A stretch of 64,000 bases of DNA, taken from contig JAFTTY010000035.1 in the NCBI GenBank assembly GCA_017466525.1, positions 13,039 to 77,038 on the forward strand, read 5' to 3'. The position numbers were made by a program, and so were the translations under genes. The notes beneath the pieces are model-generated. The model was not told the origin of the DNA and did no database searches. It saw only the letters and a list, made by a program, of their open reading frames with translations. The stretch comes from Alphaproteobacteria bacterium. Lineage in GTDB: Bacteria > Pseudomonadota > Alphaproteobacteria > Rs-D84. Below, piece after piece: positions 18,020 through 29,422 of this stretch (position 1 is the first letter of the stretch; each line of letters begins with the position of its first letter).

Positions 18020-18718
18020 ATGTCGGTTCGTATTGCAAAGTTTATTGCGGATTCTGGATTTGCGTCACGTCGTGCCGCCGAAGAATTAATTGTGGCTGGT
18101 CGTGTATCTGTAAACGGCGATACGATTACGACACCTGTGTTTTTTGTCGAAGATGGCGACCGTGTTTGTATTGATGGAAACATTTTGTCTGGGCGTGCAC
18201 AAACAGAATTATATATGTTTAACAAGCCACTGAATACAATGACAACCACACGTGACCCAAATGGTCGCCGTACAATTTACGATTGCTTGCCCCCAGAATG
18301 TCGGGGCCTAAAATATGTTGGTCGTTTGGATTATAAAACAACAGGATTGTTGCTGCTAACAAATGATGGTGCGTTGGCGCGTAAATTGACATTGCCGTCA
18401 TCGAATATTCCGCGTACCTATATTGCGACGGTTAATTGTAATGACTTTTCTAAGCTAGATTGCGCACGTCGTGGCATAACGGTTGACGGTGTTAAATATG
18501 CACCGATGAAAATCGATGAAATTGGCGATAATGATTTGCAGGTCACAATAACAGAAGGAAAAAAGAACGAAGTGCGAATTGTCTTGCGTTCTTGCGGGTG
18601 TCCTGTGCGCAAATTACATCGTGTTTCTTTTGGGAATATAGTACTGGGAAATCTTGCCGTTGGAAAAATTAAAAAAGTTTCGCAGAAAACAATTGACGAA
18701 TTGATTAAAACTCTTTAA
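18020..18718 (+). CDS. rRNA pseudouridine synthase, RsuA/RluB family
   Basis: N-terminal S4 domain (RIAKFIADSGFASRRAAEELI) and catalytic VGRLDYKTTGLLLLTNDG. The ORF is open from 17810, but that part overlaps rsmE. Confidence 0.88.
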   Translation: MSVRIAKFIADSGFASRRAAEELIVAGRVSVNGDTITTPVFFVEDGDRVCIDGNILSGRAQTELYMFNKPLNTMTTTRDPNGRRTIYDCLPPECRGLKYVGRLDYKTTGLLLLTNDGALARKLTLPSSNIPRTYIATVNCNDFSKLDCARRGITVDGVKYAPMKIDEIGDNDLQVTITEGKKNEVRIVLRSCGCPVRKLHRVSFGNIVLGNLAVGKIKKVSQKTIDELIKTL

Positions 18719-18746
18719 CATTCCAATAAAAGGAAGGGAGTTTTAC

Positions 18747-19844
18747 ATGAAAAAAACATCTGCAAAGAAAAATACAAACGTTAAAAACCACGCAGGTACG
18801 CGGTCTGTGGCGGCAAAGCCTGTTGTCAAAAATGACAAGGTTAAAACATGTGGTGGTTCATGGTCTTTATCGATTTATGTTTATTGGTTTATAATTTTAT
18901 TCTTTATTGCTGCAACATTTTATATTTTGGGACGCAGTCATACACCAACAAACGTCATTGCACCAACGGTTGAAATCACCGAAGAAGTTTTGTTGCAATC
19001 TGCTGACTATTATAAAAGTGGCAAAGAAAAATTAGTCGCCGGAAATATTGATGACGCGATTGCAGATTTAACTGCCGCAATTGATGCAGGTGGTGCGTCT
19101 GTTGATGCGTACATCATGCGTGGCGAAGCATATTTGCAGTCTGGAAATTATGACATGGCGCTGAATGATTTTGATGCTGCCTTGGCCAAGGATCCTGCAA
19201 ACGCGGTTGCATATTATGATCGTTCTTTGTTGTACACACGTATGGAAGATTACAGTGCCGCATTGGCAGATATTAACAATGCGTTGGCCGCAAATACTGC
19301 GAACCCAAGTGCAGCGTTGCAAATGCGTGACCTGTATGCAAAACGTGGTCAGTTAAATTTGTGGTTAAAGAACTGGGAAGGTGCGGTTGCAGACTTTACA
19401 AACTCTTTGGCGCGCCCAGAAGGTTCTGTATCACCAACTGTTTATGCCGAACGTGCAGAGGCGTACACCGCGCTGAATAACTATGCAGGTGCAATTGAAG
19501 ATTACTCTTCTGCAATTCGCGTAATTTCTGAACAAATTCAGGGTGCGCCAACGCTGGAAGAACGTGAAACGTTATCCAGTCAGGCAATGGCGTATTTCGA
19601 AAAATCTGCTGCTTTGAATTTGCAACTTGGTAACGTTGACGCGGCGCGCAGTGATTTGGAATCATCTTACACAATTGCTGTTGCATTAAATGATGCAGAA
19701 ACAGTCACACGTTTGCAGACATTAATTGCAGAATTAACACCACAGCCTGCTGCCCAACCAGTGGCTCAGCCGGCGGTACCTGCGGTTGCTGATCCTGTTG
19801 CAACAGATGCAATTGTTGAACGTGATGCAACCCAGGCAGAATAA
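18747..19844 (+). CDS. Membrane-anchored TPR-repeat protein
   Basis: Basic N-terminus, one TM helix (YVYWFIILFFIAATFYIL), then several 34-aa TPR-like repeats (AYxxRGxAYxxxGxYxxAxxDFxxAL). Confidence 0.7.
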   Translation: MKKTSAKKNTNVKNHAGTRSVAAKPVVKNDKVKTCGGSWSLSIYVYWFIILFFIAATFYILGRSHTPTNVIAPTVEITEEVLLQSADYYKSGKEKLVAGNIDDAIADLTAAIDAGGASVDAYIMRGEAYLQSGNYDMALNDFDAALAKDPANAVAYYDRSLLYTRMEDYSAALADINNALAANTANPSAALQMRDLYAKRGQLNLWLKNWEGAVADFTNSLARPEGSVSPTVYAERAEAYTALNNYAGAIEDYSSAIRVISEQIQGAPTLEERETLSSQAMAYFEKSAALNLQLGNVDAARSDLESSYTIAVALNDAETVTRLQTLIAELTPQPAAQPVAQPAVPAVADPVATDAIVERDATQAE

Positions 19845-19866
19845 AGTAACTAAGAACAACCAAGAA

Positions 19867-19893
19867 CACCCCGAAACATCGGGGTGTTTTTTT
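19867..19893 (+). terminator. Intrinsic terminator
   Basis: Hairpin CACCCCGAAACATCGGGGTG followed by T7. Confidence 0.85.
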
Positions 19894-19919
19894 ATGATTC
19901 TTTAACAAAAAATACAGAC

Positions 19920-19947
19920 TTGCAAACGTGTAAATATATTTTATAAT
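19920..19947 (+). promoter_or_regulatory. Sigma70-like promoter for pnp
   Basis: TTGCAA, 16-nt spacer, TATAAT; about 115 nt upstream of the pnp ATG. Confidence 0.5.
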
Positions 19948-20061
19948 CAAACAGTTGCGAAGGTGAAATTGTTCTTTTATGCATTTGGCACAGAGTGTAT
20001 AAACGAATAATTTTTCTTCGCAGAATTCGAACAAAGAAAAAAAACAAAATGGAGAAAAGAA

Positions 20062-22230
20062 ATGGTTTTTGGCTTATTCAAGAAAGAAGACAAAACAAAA
20101 TTAAACAATCCAATCGCGGTTGAAATTCCATATGGCAACACAACATTGCGTTTGGAAACTGGTCGTATGGCAAAGCAGGCAAACGGTTCTGTTTTGGCGA
20201 CAATGGGTGAAACAATGGTCTTGGCAACTGTATGCGCAGAAAAGTCTGCGGTCGAAGGTCAAGATTTCTTTCCATTGACTGTTGACTACCAAGAAAAATT
20301 TGCGTCTGCGGGTCGTATCCCAGGTTCGCGTGACAGACGCGAAGGCAAGGCGTCAACTGCGGAAACATTAACTGCACGTTTGATTGACCGTCCAATTCGT
20401 CCGTTATTCCCAGAAACATTCAAGAACAAGGTTCAAATCATTGCCCAGGTATTTTCATATGACAAGGTTAATCAGCCGGACATCTTGGCGATGATTGCGT
20501 CATCTGCGGCGTTGGCGTTAAGTGGTGTTCCATTCCAGGGGCCAATTGGTGCAGCACGTGTTGGCTATGAAAATGGTAAATATATCTTGAACCCATCGAA
20601 AAAAGAAACCGAAGATTCTGAAATGGATTTGGTTGTTGCTGCAACCAAAGATGGTGTATTGATGGTTGAATCTGAAATTGGCGAATTGGATGAGGCAACT
20701 GTCCTGGGTGCTGTTAAATTTGGTTTTGACGCGCAACAGTCTGTTATCGCTGCAATTAATGAATTGGCAGACAAGGCCGGTAAAGAACGTTGGGCAACAC
20801 CTGAAAAGACAGCCGAACAAATCGAAATGGAAAAAGATTTTGAACAGTTTGCTGGTCAAATCGAAGAAGCATTACAAATCAAAGAAAAATTGGTTCGTTT
20901 GGAAACATTGGCAAACATTCATGCAGATGCCAAGGCACGTATCCCAGAATTATTCCCAGAATCCGAACGTGCGACATCTACATTGGAATCATGGGCAGAC
21001 GAAGTTATTGAAAATCTGACGGCACGTATTATGCGCGGCAATATCTTGGCAGGCAAACCACGTATCGACGGCCGTGATAATAAAACAGTTCGTCCAATTG
21101 AAATTGAATTGGGTGTTATGCCACGCGCACACGGTTCTGCGCTGTTTACACGCGGTGAAACCCAGGCCTTGGTATCATTGACATTGGGCGGTGGCAAGGA
21201 CGCATTGCCAATCGAATCTTTGGACGGGTCCGAAGAACGCGACTTTATCTTGAACTATAATTTCCCAGGCTATTCTGTTGGCGAATGCAAAGGGTTAAAG
21301 TCACCAGGTCGTCGTGAAATTGGTCACGGTAATTTGGCGTGGCGTGCGGTTCATCCAATGGTGCCAAGTCGTTCGGAATTCGACTATGTAATCCGTATTG
21401 TATCAGACATCTTGGAATCAAATGGTTCATCATCAATGGCGACAACATGTGGCGCAACATTGGCAATGATGGACGGTGGTGTTCCAATGAAACGCCCTGT
21501 TGCAGGTATCGCAATGGGTCTGATTAAAGAAGGCGACGATTACGCAATCTTGACAGACATTTTGGGTGACGAAGATCACTTGGGCGACATGGACTTTAAG
21601 GTCACAGGTACTGACCAAGGTGTGACAGCATTACAGATGGATATTAAAATCACATCCATTACTTTCGAAATTATGGAACGTGCCCTGGCCCAGGCAAAAG
21701 ATGGCCGCATGCACATATTGGGCAAGATTGAAAAGGCAATCAAAAAGCCACGTGCATCTGTGTCAGAATATGCACCCCAGGCATACACCATGAAAATCAA
21801 TCCAGACAAAGTCCGTGATGTTATCGGCAAGGGCGGTTCTGTGATTCAGGCGTTGGTTCGTGAAACAAACACGATTATTGATTTGGAAGATGATGGTACA
21901 ATCAAAATCATGGCAACAGACAAGGCAGATGCAGATAACGCAATCGCGCGTATCAAAGATATCGTTGCCGAACCAGAAGTTGGCATGATTTACAAAGGTA
22001 CCGTATCCGGCATGAAAGATTTTGGTCTGTTTGTAAAAATCATGAACGGATTCGAAGCCATGGTTCATATTTCTGAAATCACGGGTGAACGTATCGCAAA
22101 AATCGAAGATACAAAAATCAAAGAAGGCGATACAGTATATGTCCGTTTCTTGGGTGCCGACAAACGCGGCAAAACACGCATGTCTATGGTTGGTATCGAC
22201 CAGAAAACAGGCGAAGAAATCAAGAAATAA
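20062..22230 (+). CDS. pnp: Polyribonucleotide nucleotidyltransferase (PNPase)
   Basis: Two RNase PH domains, a KH domain (VIGKGGSVIQ) and a C-terminal S1 domain; 722 aa. Confidence 0.97.
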   Translation: MVFGLFKKEDKTKLNNPIAVEIPYGNTTLRLETGRMAKQANGSVLATMGETMVLATVCAEKSAVEGQDFFPLTVDYQEKFASAGRIPGSRDRREGKASTAETLTARLIDRPIRPLFPETFKNKVQIIAQVFSYDKVNQPDILAMIASSAALALSGVPFQGPIGAARVGYENGKYILNPSKKETEDSEMDLVVAATKDGVLMVESEIGELDEATVLGAVKFGFDAQQSVIAAINELADKAGKERWATPEKTAEQIEMEKDFEQFAGQIEEALQIKEKLVRLETLANIHADAKARIPELFPESERATSTLESWADEVIENLTARIMRGNILAGKPRIDGRDNKTVRPIEIELGVMPRAHGSALFTRGETQALVSLTLGGGKDALPIESLDGSEERDFILNYNFPGYSVGECKGLKSPGRREIGHGNLAWRAVHPMVPSRSEFDYVIRIVSDILESNGSSSMATTCGATLAMMDGGVPMKRPVAGIAMGLIKEGDDYAILTDILGDEDHLGDMDFKVTGTDQGVTALQMDIKITSITFEIMERALAQAKDGRMHILGKIEKAIKKPRASVSEYAPQAYTMKINPDKVRDVIGKGGSVIQALVRETNTIIDLEDDGTIKIMATDKADADNAIARIKDIVAEPEVGMIYKGTVSGMKDFGLFVKIMNGFEAMVHISEITGERIAKIEDTKIKEGDTVYVRFLGADKRGKTRMSMVGIDQKTGEEIKK

Positions 22231-22241
22231 GGATTTAGTAT

Positions 22242-22604
22242 ATGACGCCTGAACAGTTAAAGTGGACAGATGAACAGTGGGCGGCACACCTGGGGTGTGC
22301 TGCCCAGGATGTTCCGAAATATAAACGCTGGGTGGCAGAAAACTATTTACCGTACATTGCGCTGGACGCAGAAACAAAACGATATCTTTTTGTTCTTTCG
22401 CGTCGTAATGATACTCCATCTGGTTTTGTTCGTTATATAGATATGATGCACAAATCAACGCATCAAGAGAATATAAAAGACGCACGTGATTATGCAAATG
22501 AAATAATAATACCAGGTTTATGGTTGAATTCGACGTTTGCACGTGTATACGATGTTCCACAAAAAATTCTGCAAATGTTGCACATAAACAAAAAACAAAG
22601 ATAA
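22242..22604 (+). CDS. Hypothetical protein, paralog 1 of a tandem pair
   Basis: Starts MTPEQLKWTDEQWAAHLGCAAQDVP and ends YDVPQKILQMLHI. It is paralogous to the next gene. Confidence 0.75.
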   Translation: MTPEQLKWTDEQWAAHLGCAAQDVPKYKRWVAENYLPYIALDAETKRYLFVLSRRNDTPSGFVRYIDMMHKSTHQENIKDARDYANEIIIPGLWLNSTFARVYDVPQKILQMLHINKKQR

Positions 22605-22613
22605 GGTTTTTTA

Positions 22614-22970
22614 ATGACACCAGAACAATTAAAATGGACAGATAAACAATGGGCGGCATATCTTGGATGTGCTGTCCAAGAAATTCCAAGCATTCGGGCA
22701 TATTTACTTGAAAACTTTTTTCCTGTAATTGAACAGAATAAAAATACAAAAGCGTATAATTTCCTTTTGACAAAAATGTCAACGTCTATGGCAGGTACCA
22801 GAAGGGTTATGCCCATGATTTCTGACAAGAAAGTATTTTCTGATTTTGAATCTGCCAGAACGCGTGCGAACAATGAAGTAATACCAAAATTGGAACTGAC
22901 GAAATTTTGGTCTGACGCATATAATATTCCACAACGTGCGTTACAAATGTTGCATATAAAGGAGAGATAA
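22614..22970 (+). CDS. Hypothetical protein, paralog 2 of a tandem pair
   Basis: Starts MTPEQLKWTDKQWAAYLGCAVQEIP and ends YNIPQRALQMLHI. Many differences from paralog 1 in the conserved ends are synonymous. Confidence 0.75.
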   Translation: MTPEQLKWTDKQWAAYLGCAVQEIPSIRAYLLENFFPVIEQNKNTKAYNFLLTKMSTSMAGTRRVMPMISDKKVFSDFESARTRANNEVIPKLELTKFWSDAYNIPQRALQMLHIKER

Positions 22971-22971
22971 T

Positions 22972-23271
22972 ATGGATATGGAATCGTTAATGGCCCAGGC
23001 GGCCGCCCTGCAAAACAAGGTTGCAGATGCGCAAGATAGATTGGCAAAAATGACAATCAAAGGTATTGCGGACAATGGGGCATGTATTGTTGATATGTCT
23101 GGCAAATACGATTTGTTAAAATTGACAATCCGTCCAGATGTTTTATCACGTGGTGCGGATGCGGTTGCGGAAATCGTAATGGCGGCATATAACGACGCCA
23201 AGAAAAAGGCAGACGACATAATCGACCAGGTTATGGGTGATGCAACGGCCGGCGTACCATTGCCTATGTAA
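22972..23271 (+). CDS. ybaB: Nucleoid-associated protein YbaB/EbfC
   Basis: 99 aa, with LMAQAAALQNKV...G.GA..V.M.G......L.I...V... family pattern. Confidence 0.85.
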   Translation: MDMESLMAQAAALQNKVADAQDRLAKMTIKGIADNGACIVDMSGKYDLLKLTIRPDVLSRGADAVAEIVMAAYNDAKKKADDIIDQVMGDATAGVPLPM

Positions 23272-23290
23272 TTGTTTATAAAAACATATA

Positions 23291-23317
23291 AAAACACCGG
23301 CATTTGCCGGTATTTTT
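23291..23317. terminator. Bidirectional terminator between convergent ybaB and accC
   Basis: A-run, hairpin ACCGGCATTTGCCGGT (23296-23311), then T-run. Confidence 0.8.
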
Positions 23318-23318
23318 A

Positions 23319-24674
23319 TTATTCATTTTTCAAAAACTTTTCCAACCATTTGTTATCAAAATTTAACTGTTTCACATCTTTGTTTTTCAACAATTTTTGT
23401 TGCAGTGGGATTGTTGTTTTTACCCCTTCAATAACAAATTCATCCAATGCGCGTGTTGCACGCATAATACATGCGGGTCTACTTTGTGCATGAACGATTA
23501 ACTTTGCAATCATTGAATCGTATGTTGGTGGAATTGTATATCCTGTGTAAACCGCACTATCTACGCGAACGCCCAATCCGCCAGATGGTGCATAAAGCGT
23601 AATTTTCCCAGGATTTGGAATAAATGTTTCTGGGTCTTCTGCATTGATACGAAATTCAATTGCATGACCATTTGGAATAACGTTTGATTGGGTATAACCC
23701 AACTTTTCGCCCGCCGCGACACGAATCTGTTCACGAACCAGGTCAACGCCATACACCATTTCTGTGACCGGATGTTCAACCTGCAAACGTGTATTCATTT
23801 CCAAGAAATAGAACTTGCCATCTTCGAACATAAATTCAAATGTACCGGCGTTTGTATATCCCATTTTTTTTGCAGCAGATTTACAAACTTCTATCATATC
23901 ATCACGTTGTTTTTGTGACAGTACGGCGGCTGGACATTCTTCCATAACCTTTTGATTTCTGCGTTGTAACGAACAATCGCGTTCGCCAAAGATTACAACA
24001 TTGCCATGTTTGTCACCCAGTACTTGAAATTCAATATGACGTGGATGCAACAATAATTTTTCCATATACAATGTATCGTCACCAAATGCAGATTTTGCCT
24101 CGTTCTTGGTTAATTGATACGCTTCTGCCATTTCGTCGGCATTCATCACAGGTCGCATTCCGCGTCCGCCACCACCAGCCGATGCCTTTAACATAACAGG
24201 ATAGCCGATTTTTTCGGCGGTCGCCAACGCATCATCTAAGGATACCAGTGCACCATCAGAACCCGGCACCACCGGCAGTCCACATTCGATTGCGGTGCGT
24301 TTTGCATTAACCTTGTCGCCCATTTTTGTAATCATTTCTGGGCTGGGCCCGACCCAAATCATACCATGCTGTTCTACCTTGCGTGCAAAGTCCGCGCGTT
24401 CGGACAAGAAACCGTACCCCGGGTGAATCGCATCAGAATTTGTTAATAATGCCGCGGTTAATATTGCAGATTCATTCAAATAAGAATCCTTGGCAGGTCC
24501 CGGTCCAATGCATACAGATTCATCTGCCAGTTGAACGTGCATTGCATCTTTATCAACTGTTGAATATACTGCAACGGTGCGAATGCCCATGTCGCGACAT
24601 GCGCGAATAATACGCAGGGCGATTTCCCCACGATTCGCGATTAATACTTTTTTTATTTGTGACATATTATTCAA
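23319..24674 (-). CDS. accC: Acetyl-CoA carboxylase, biotin carboxylase subunit
   Basis: [14 protein letters not shown] start and ATP-grasp motifs; 451 aa; overlaps the accB stop. Confidence 0.97.
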   Translation of the reverse strand: MNNMSQIKKVLIANRGEIALRIIRACRDMGIRTVAVYSTVDKDAMHVQLADESVCIGPGPAKDSYLNESAILTAALLTNSDAIHPGYGFLSERADFARKVEQHGMIWVGPSPEMITKMGDKVNAKRTAIECGLPVVPGSDGALVSLDDALATAEKIGYPVMLKASAGGGGRGMRPVMNADEMAEAYQLTKNEAKSAFGDDTLYMEKLLLHPRHIEFQVLGDKHGNVVIFGERDCSLQRRNQKVMEECPAAVLSQKQRDDMIEVCKSAAKKMGYTNAGTFEFMFEDGKFYFLEMNTRLQVEHPVTEMVYGVDLVREQIRVAAGEKLGYTQSNVIPNGHAIEFRINAEDPETFIPNPGKITLYAPSGGLGVRVDSAVYTGYTIPPTYDSMIAKLIVHAQSRPACIMRATRALDEFVIEGVKTTIPLQQKLLKNKDVKQLNFDNKWLEKFLKNE

Positions 24675-25110
24675 TCACTATTAATGGTTGATCAAATTCA
24701 ACAGCCGCGCCGTCAGATACCAATATTTCTTTTACAACGCCGTCCTTATCAGACTTTATTGGGTTGAATGTTTTCATTGCTTCGACCAATGCGACGGTGT
24801 CACCAGACTTGACCTGTTTGCCAACTGTTACGAATGTGTCTGCGCCCGGTTCTGGTGCCAAATATACCACACCAACCATTGGTGATTTTAATGCATATCC
24901 GCTGACTGTGCCAGCCACAGGTTCTGATGTCGCAGATTTTGCATCTGCCACCGGTGCAGATGACACAGCGACCGTTGCAGCCTGTTGTTTTGACAGGTGA
25001 ATATGTTTACGGTATACGCCAAATAAAAACTGACGTTCTAAATCCAATTCTGTAATGCCCATATCGTCCATAATTTTTGACATGGATTCAACGGTTGCAC
25101 GAAATGACAT
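24667..25110 (-). CDS. accB: Acetyl-CoA carboxylase, biotin carboxyl carrier protein
   Basis: C-terminal biotinyl domain with the EAMKT attachment motif. Confidence 0.93.
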   Translation of the reverse strand: MSFRATVESMSKIMDDMGITELDLERQFLFGVYRKHIHLSKQQAATVAVSSAPVADAKSATSEPVAGTVSGYALKSPMVGVVYLAPEPGADTFVTVGKQVKSGDTVALVEAMKTFNPIKSDKDGVVKEILVSDGAAVEFDQPLIVIE

Positions 25111-25178
25111 TTTTTATATCCTTATGTTAAATTTAATATGTCTTGTGGTTTAAAAGTTTATCATATTCTAACCCATTG

Positions 25179-25415
25179 TCAAGGGACGGGGTCATAGCCA
25201 AATCCCCCACCTGGTCGACATCGGCTGATGCGTTTTATTCCCAACCAAGTACCACGAAATACACCATGTTTTTGAATGGCGATACGTGTGTATTCGCTGC
25301 ATGTTGGGGTAAATCTGCATGCTGCCCTGCCCCCAATTATTGGCGATATTGCGCATTGATACGCGCGCACCATCGCGCACGCCATACGTTGAAAGAATGT
25401 TTGATTATTCTGCAT
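25179..25415 (-). CDS. yidD: Membrane protein insertion efficiency factor YidD
   Basis: [24 protein letters not shown]...[13 protein letters not shown], the family signature. Confidence 0.92.
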   Translation of the reverse strand: MQNNQTFFQRMACAMVRAYQCAISPIIGGRAACRFTPTCSEYTRIAIQKHGVFRGTWLGIKRISRCRPGGGFGYDPVP

Positions 25416-25752
25416 TGATTTCTTGTTTCCGCAGATAGTGCAATGCTTTTTTCATTGCGACACGGCCAGCTGTTCTGTCTGCATCCAGTATTGCGCGCCG
25501 TATGACAAACACATAATCCCATTCTGGGCGCATCATTTTTTCATTAAATGCAATCCAGTCCCGTAATACCCGCTTTGCACGGTTTCTGTCAACGGCGTGT
25601 TTGAATGTTTTTTTTGTTACGATTATGCCATATCGTGCATCATCTGGGAACTTTGCAGGTTTTGCACGTACCAAAAAATAGGCACAACGTGCAGTTGGGT
25701 CATTTTCCCCCATTGCAAAGTCTATATGATTTTTTATTGTATCGCGTTTCAT
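25405..25752 (-). CDS. rnpA: RNase P protein component
   Basis: Basic small protein with [25 protein letters not shown], the RnpA motif; upstream of yidD. An alternative start lies at 25788. Confidence 0.85.
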   Translation of the reverse strand: MKRDTIKNHIDFAMGENDPTARCAYFLVRAKPAKFPDDARYGIIVTKKTFKHAVDRNRAKRVLRDWIAFNEKMMRPEWDYVFVIRRAILDADRTAGRVAMKKALHYLRKQEINAE

Positions 25753-25819
25753 TGTGGGCACATAATACCACATTACAGAATAAATCAAATAAATTTGTTG
25801 GCGCGCCTTGATTTTTTGA

Positions 25820-26917
<1,098 letters not shown>

Positions 26918-26934
26918 TACGAATAAAAATGTTA

Positions 26935-26962
26935 AAAAATACCGGCAAATGCCGGTGTTTTT
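26935..26962. terminator. Bidirectional terminator between convergent mreB and sspB
   Basis: A-run, hairpin ACCGGCAAATGCCGGT (26941-26956), then T-run. Confidence 0.8.
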
Positions 26963-27428
26963 ATTGGTTTCTATTTTTTCTAAATTCATCCAGTGATACA
27001 ACCCGCCCCGGGTCTGGAACAGTGTCCGGTTTTTCTTCCAGTGGTAATTCCATATCGTTATCTGCCGCCGCCGGTTGTAATTTATTTTGAAAGGTCAGCA
27101 TAAAATCAACAGACGGGTCTTTAAATTCAACCAATGCAGAAAATGGAACGCGTATAAAGAATGGTCGCCCATCAAATGTTAATTGTACACCAAATTCTTT
27201 ATCTGAAACATGCAGGTTGTTGTACGAATACTGTAAAACAATCGTCATCAAATCAGGATATCTTATACGCAGAAAATCTGGTAATACAACACCGTTGTCG
27301 CGCGTGCGGAATGTTATGAAAAAATGCGTTCCATCGCCCAGACCGTTAAATTGTGCATGTACCAGTGCATCCTTGACCACTGATTTTAATGCGTTGTCCA
27401 AAAGTGTTTGATAATCAATACGTGCCAT
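26961..27428 (-). CDS. sspB: ClpXP adaptor SspB, alphaproteobacterial type
   Basis: DYQTLL..AL..VV...L, HFFITF.T, YPDLMTIVLQY and DPSVDF blocks match the alpha-type SspB family pattern as I recall it. Confidence 0.7.
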   Translation of the reverse strand: MARIDYQTLLDNALKSVVKDALVHAQFNGLGDGTHFFITFRTRDNGVVLPDFLRIRYPDLMTIVLQYSYNNLHVSDKEFGVQLTFDGRPFFIRVPFSALVEFKDPSVDFMLTFQNKLQPAAADNDMELPLEEKPDTVPDPGRVVSLDEFRKNRNQ

Positions 27429-27434
27429 ATCTTT

Positions 27435-28514
27435 TTACTCCGCACATACTATATTATTTATTTCACCATTTTGGCAAGCAACAAATACAGCGTTTGGAAC
27501 ATCCTTGAAAACATCGGGGTCTAAACCAGTTGCCCAAACTTGTGCATCTGCCGCGCCCAGTTCGCAAAACAGCTGATTGCGTGCATTTGCGTCCAGATGT
27601 GCCGCCGCCTCGTCCAACAGGATTAGTGGTCGTTTGCCCGTTTTTGTATGAATTAATTTTGCATGCGCCAAAATCAATTCAATCAGAATAGTTTTTTGTT
27701 GCCCTGTGCTGGTTAAATGTGCAGGTAATTTTAATTCATTATTAAAAACGCCAAAATCAGATTTATGCGGTCCATCAATAACCATTTTATCACCAATCAG
27801 CGTTCTGTTTTCCTTTAAGTATTCAATATAGGCGCGTTCTGCATCGCCTGCACTTGTTCCGTCAATCAACATTTTTTCAATCATACCTGATACAGAAACG
27901 GCGCATCTTTTTAGAAAATAATTTAGTTCGCCTGCATATTGAATCCGTGCGGCTGCAATTGCAACCGCCACGCCTGCAATTTGTGTGTCCAGTGCGTTCA
28001 GCCAATGTGTGTCTGCGCCTGATTTTAATGCGTACGCGCGTTCGCTCATCAACTTGCTAAGTCGCGCTGTGCGTCCCGCGTGCGACGTATCAAAACTGGT
28101 GGCCAGTCTGTCAAAGAATCCACGTCTGTCAGATGCGCTATCAACAAACAATCTGTCTTCACGTGGGGTCAGCCAAACCATTCGTAAATGTTGCGTTAAT
28201 TCAGATAGTGGCGCATTTTCACCATCTATCTTTGCGCGTCTGTTTGTGTCGCCACCGATGAATTGTACCGCAACCTCTGTATCATCAATCAGGTTGGCGA
28301 ATACGCTAAACCCCCCTGCCCCATCAAATCTTGCGATGTCAGACATCTGTGCGCCGCGCATACCACGATCCCCCGACAGCATGGATAACGCTTCTAATAT
28401 CGCGGTTTTGCCTGCGCCATTTGGGCCTGTGATAATTACGTTGCGTCGATTGTGTGTTTCAACACGACACATTGTGTGGTTTCTAAAATCTGTCAGGCTA
28501 ATTGATTTAATCAT
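27435..28514 (-). CDS. recF: DNA replication and repair protein RecF
   Basis: ISLTDFRNH..., Walker A GPNGAGKT, SxGQQKT signature and LILLDEAAAHLD. Confidence 0.92.
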   Translation of the reverse strand: MIKSISLTDFRNHTMCRVETHNRRNVIITGPNGAGKTAILEALSMLSGDRGMRGAQMSDIARFDGAGGFSVFANLIDDTEVAVQFIGGDTNRRAKIDGENAPLSELTQHLRMVWLTPREDRLFVDSASDRRGFFDRLATSFDTSHAGRTARLSKLMSERAYALKSGADTHWLNALDTQIAGVAVAIAAARIQYAGELNYFLKRCAVSVSGMIEKMLIDGTSAGDAERAYIEYLKENRTLIGDKMVIDGPHKSDFGVFNNELKLPAHLTSTGQQKTILIELILAHAKLIHTKTGKRPLILLDEAAAHLDANARNQLFCELGAADAQVWATGLDPDVFKDVPNAVFVACQNGEINNIVCAE

Positions 28515-28532
28515 ACGCGCATAATACACCAT

Positions 28533-28560
28533 ATAAAAAACGCCCGCAAGGGGCGTTTTA
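28533..28560 (-). terminator. Intrinsic terminator after gpsA
   Basis: On the minus strand: hairpin CGCCCCTTGCGGGCG followed by T6. Confidence 0.8.
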
Positions 28561-28561
28561 T

Positions 28562-29422
28562 TTATATTTTTAATTTGTGTTTCATTGCTTTTAATACCGG
28601 CATATCGATACCCAACGCATCACCGCGCGCAATCAGGCCATTCAGGGCAAAAATCCCCTCTACGGTACCTGCAGGCGTTTCGCCACGTGCAATTGCCATG
28701 CCGCCTGAAAAGTTTCGGCTGGTTGGACTGGTTGCAGACAGGAACAAGTCCCCTATTCCGCACAGTCCCAAGAATGTACGCATTTGTGCACCTGCGGCCA
28801 TCCCCAGGTCTACAATCTCATTCCAGGCGCGTGTGAAAATCATTGCGCGTTCGTTTTCACGTGCAACAACGCTGTTGTATCCACATATCAGTGCGACTGC
28901 GTTTTTCCCAACACCACAAATTTCTGTGCCAATAACATCTGATGTTGTGTCCAGATACAATTTATTTAGCGCGTCTGTCCCTGCATTTAGTGCGATGTTT
29001 GTTCCTGCCAATGTTGACCCAGTTGGTGTGCCTTGTGCCACTTCGTGTGCAAATTGCGGGCCTGACAGTACGCCAAAATCGATGCATTCTGGTAATTCAG
29101 ATTGCAGTATTTCAGACATAAATTGATTGGTTGTGCTTTCTGCGCCCTTGGTGCAAATTATAATTGGTTGACCGTTATACGCCAGTTTTGCCTTGCGCAG
29201 TGTTTCGCGAAAAAACGATGCCGGTGTCACAATTAACCAAGTGTCAGTATTCTTTGTTTTGCCAAAGTCATTGGTAATTTCTATGTTGTTTGGCATGTCT
29301 ACGCCATCAAAATGTTTGTATTCGTTATCATAAGACCACAATACAACATCTGCGCCGCCATGTGCGACGGTAATGGCCAACGCTGTGCCCCATGCGCCGG
29401 CGCCTATAACACCTACTTTCAT
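28562..29422 (-). CDS. gpsA: NAD(P)H-dependent glycerol-3-phosphate dehydrogenase
   Basis: VIGAGAWGTALA Rossmann motif and conserved GxKN / GL.GxGDL motifs. At 286 aa it is somewhat short. Confidence 0.88.
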   Translation of the reverse strand: MKVGVIGAGAWGTALAITVAHGGADVVLWSYDNEYKHFDGVDMPNNIEITNDFGKTKNTDTWLIVTPASFFRETLRKAKLAYNGQPIIICTKGAESTTNQFMSEILQSELPECIDFGVLSGPQFAHEVAQGTPTGSTLAGTNIALNAGTDALNKLYLDTTSDVIGTEICGVGKNAVALICGYNSVVARENERAMIFTRAWNEIVDLGMAAGAQMRTFLGLCGIGDLFLSATSPTSRNFSGGMAIARGETPAGTVEGIFALNGLIARGDALGIDMPVLKAMKHKLKI

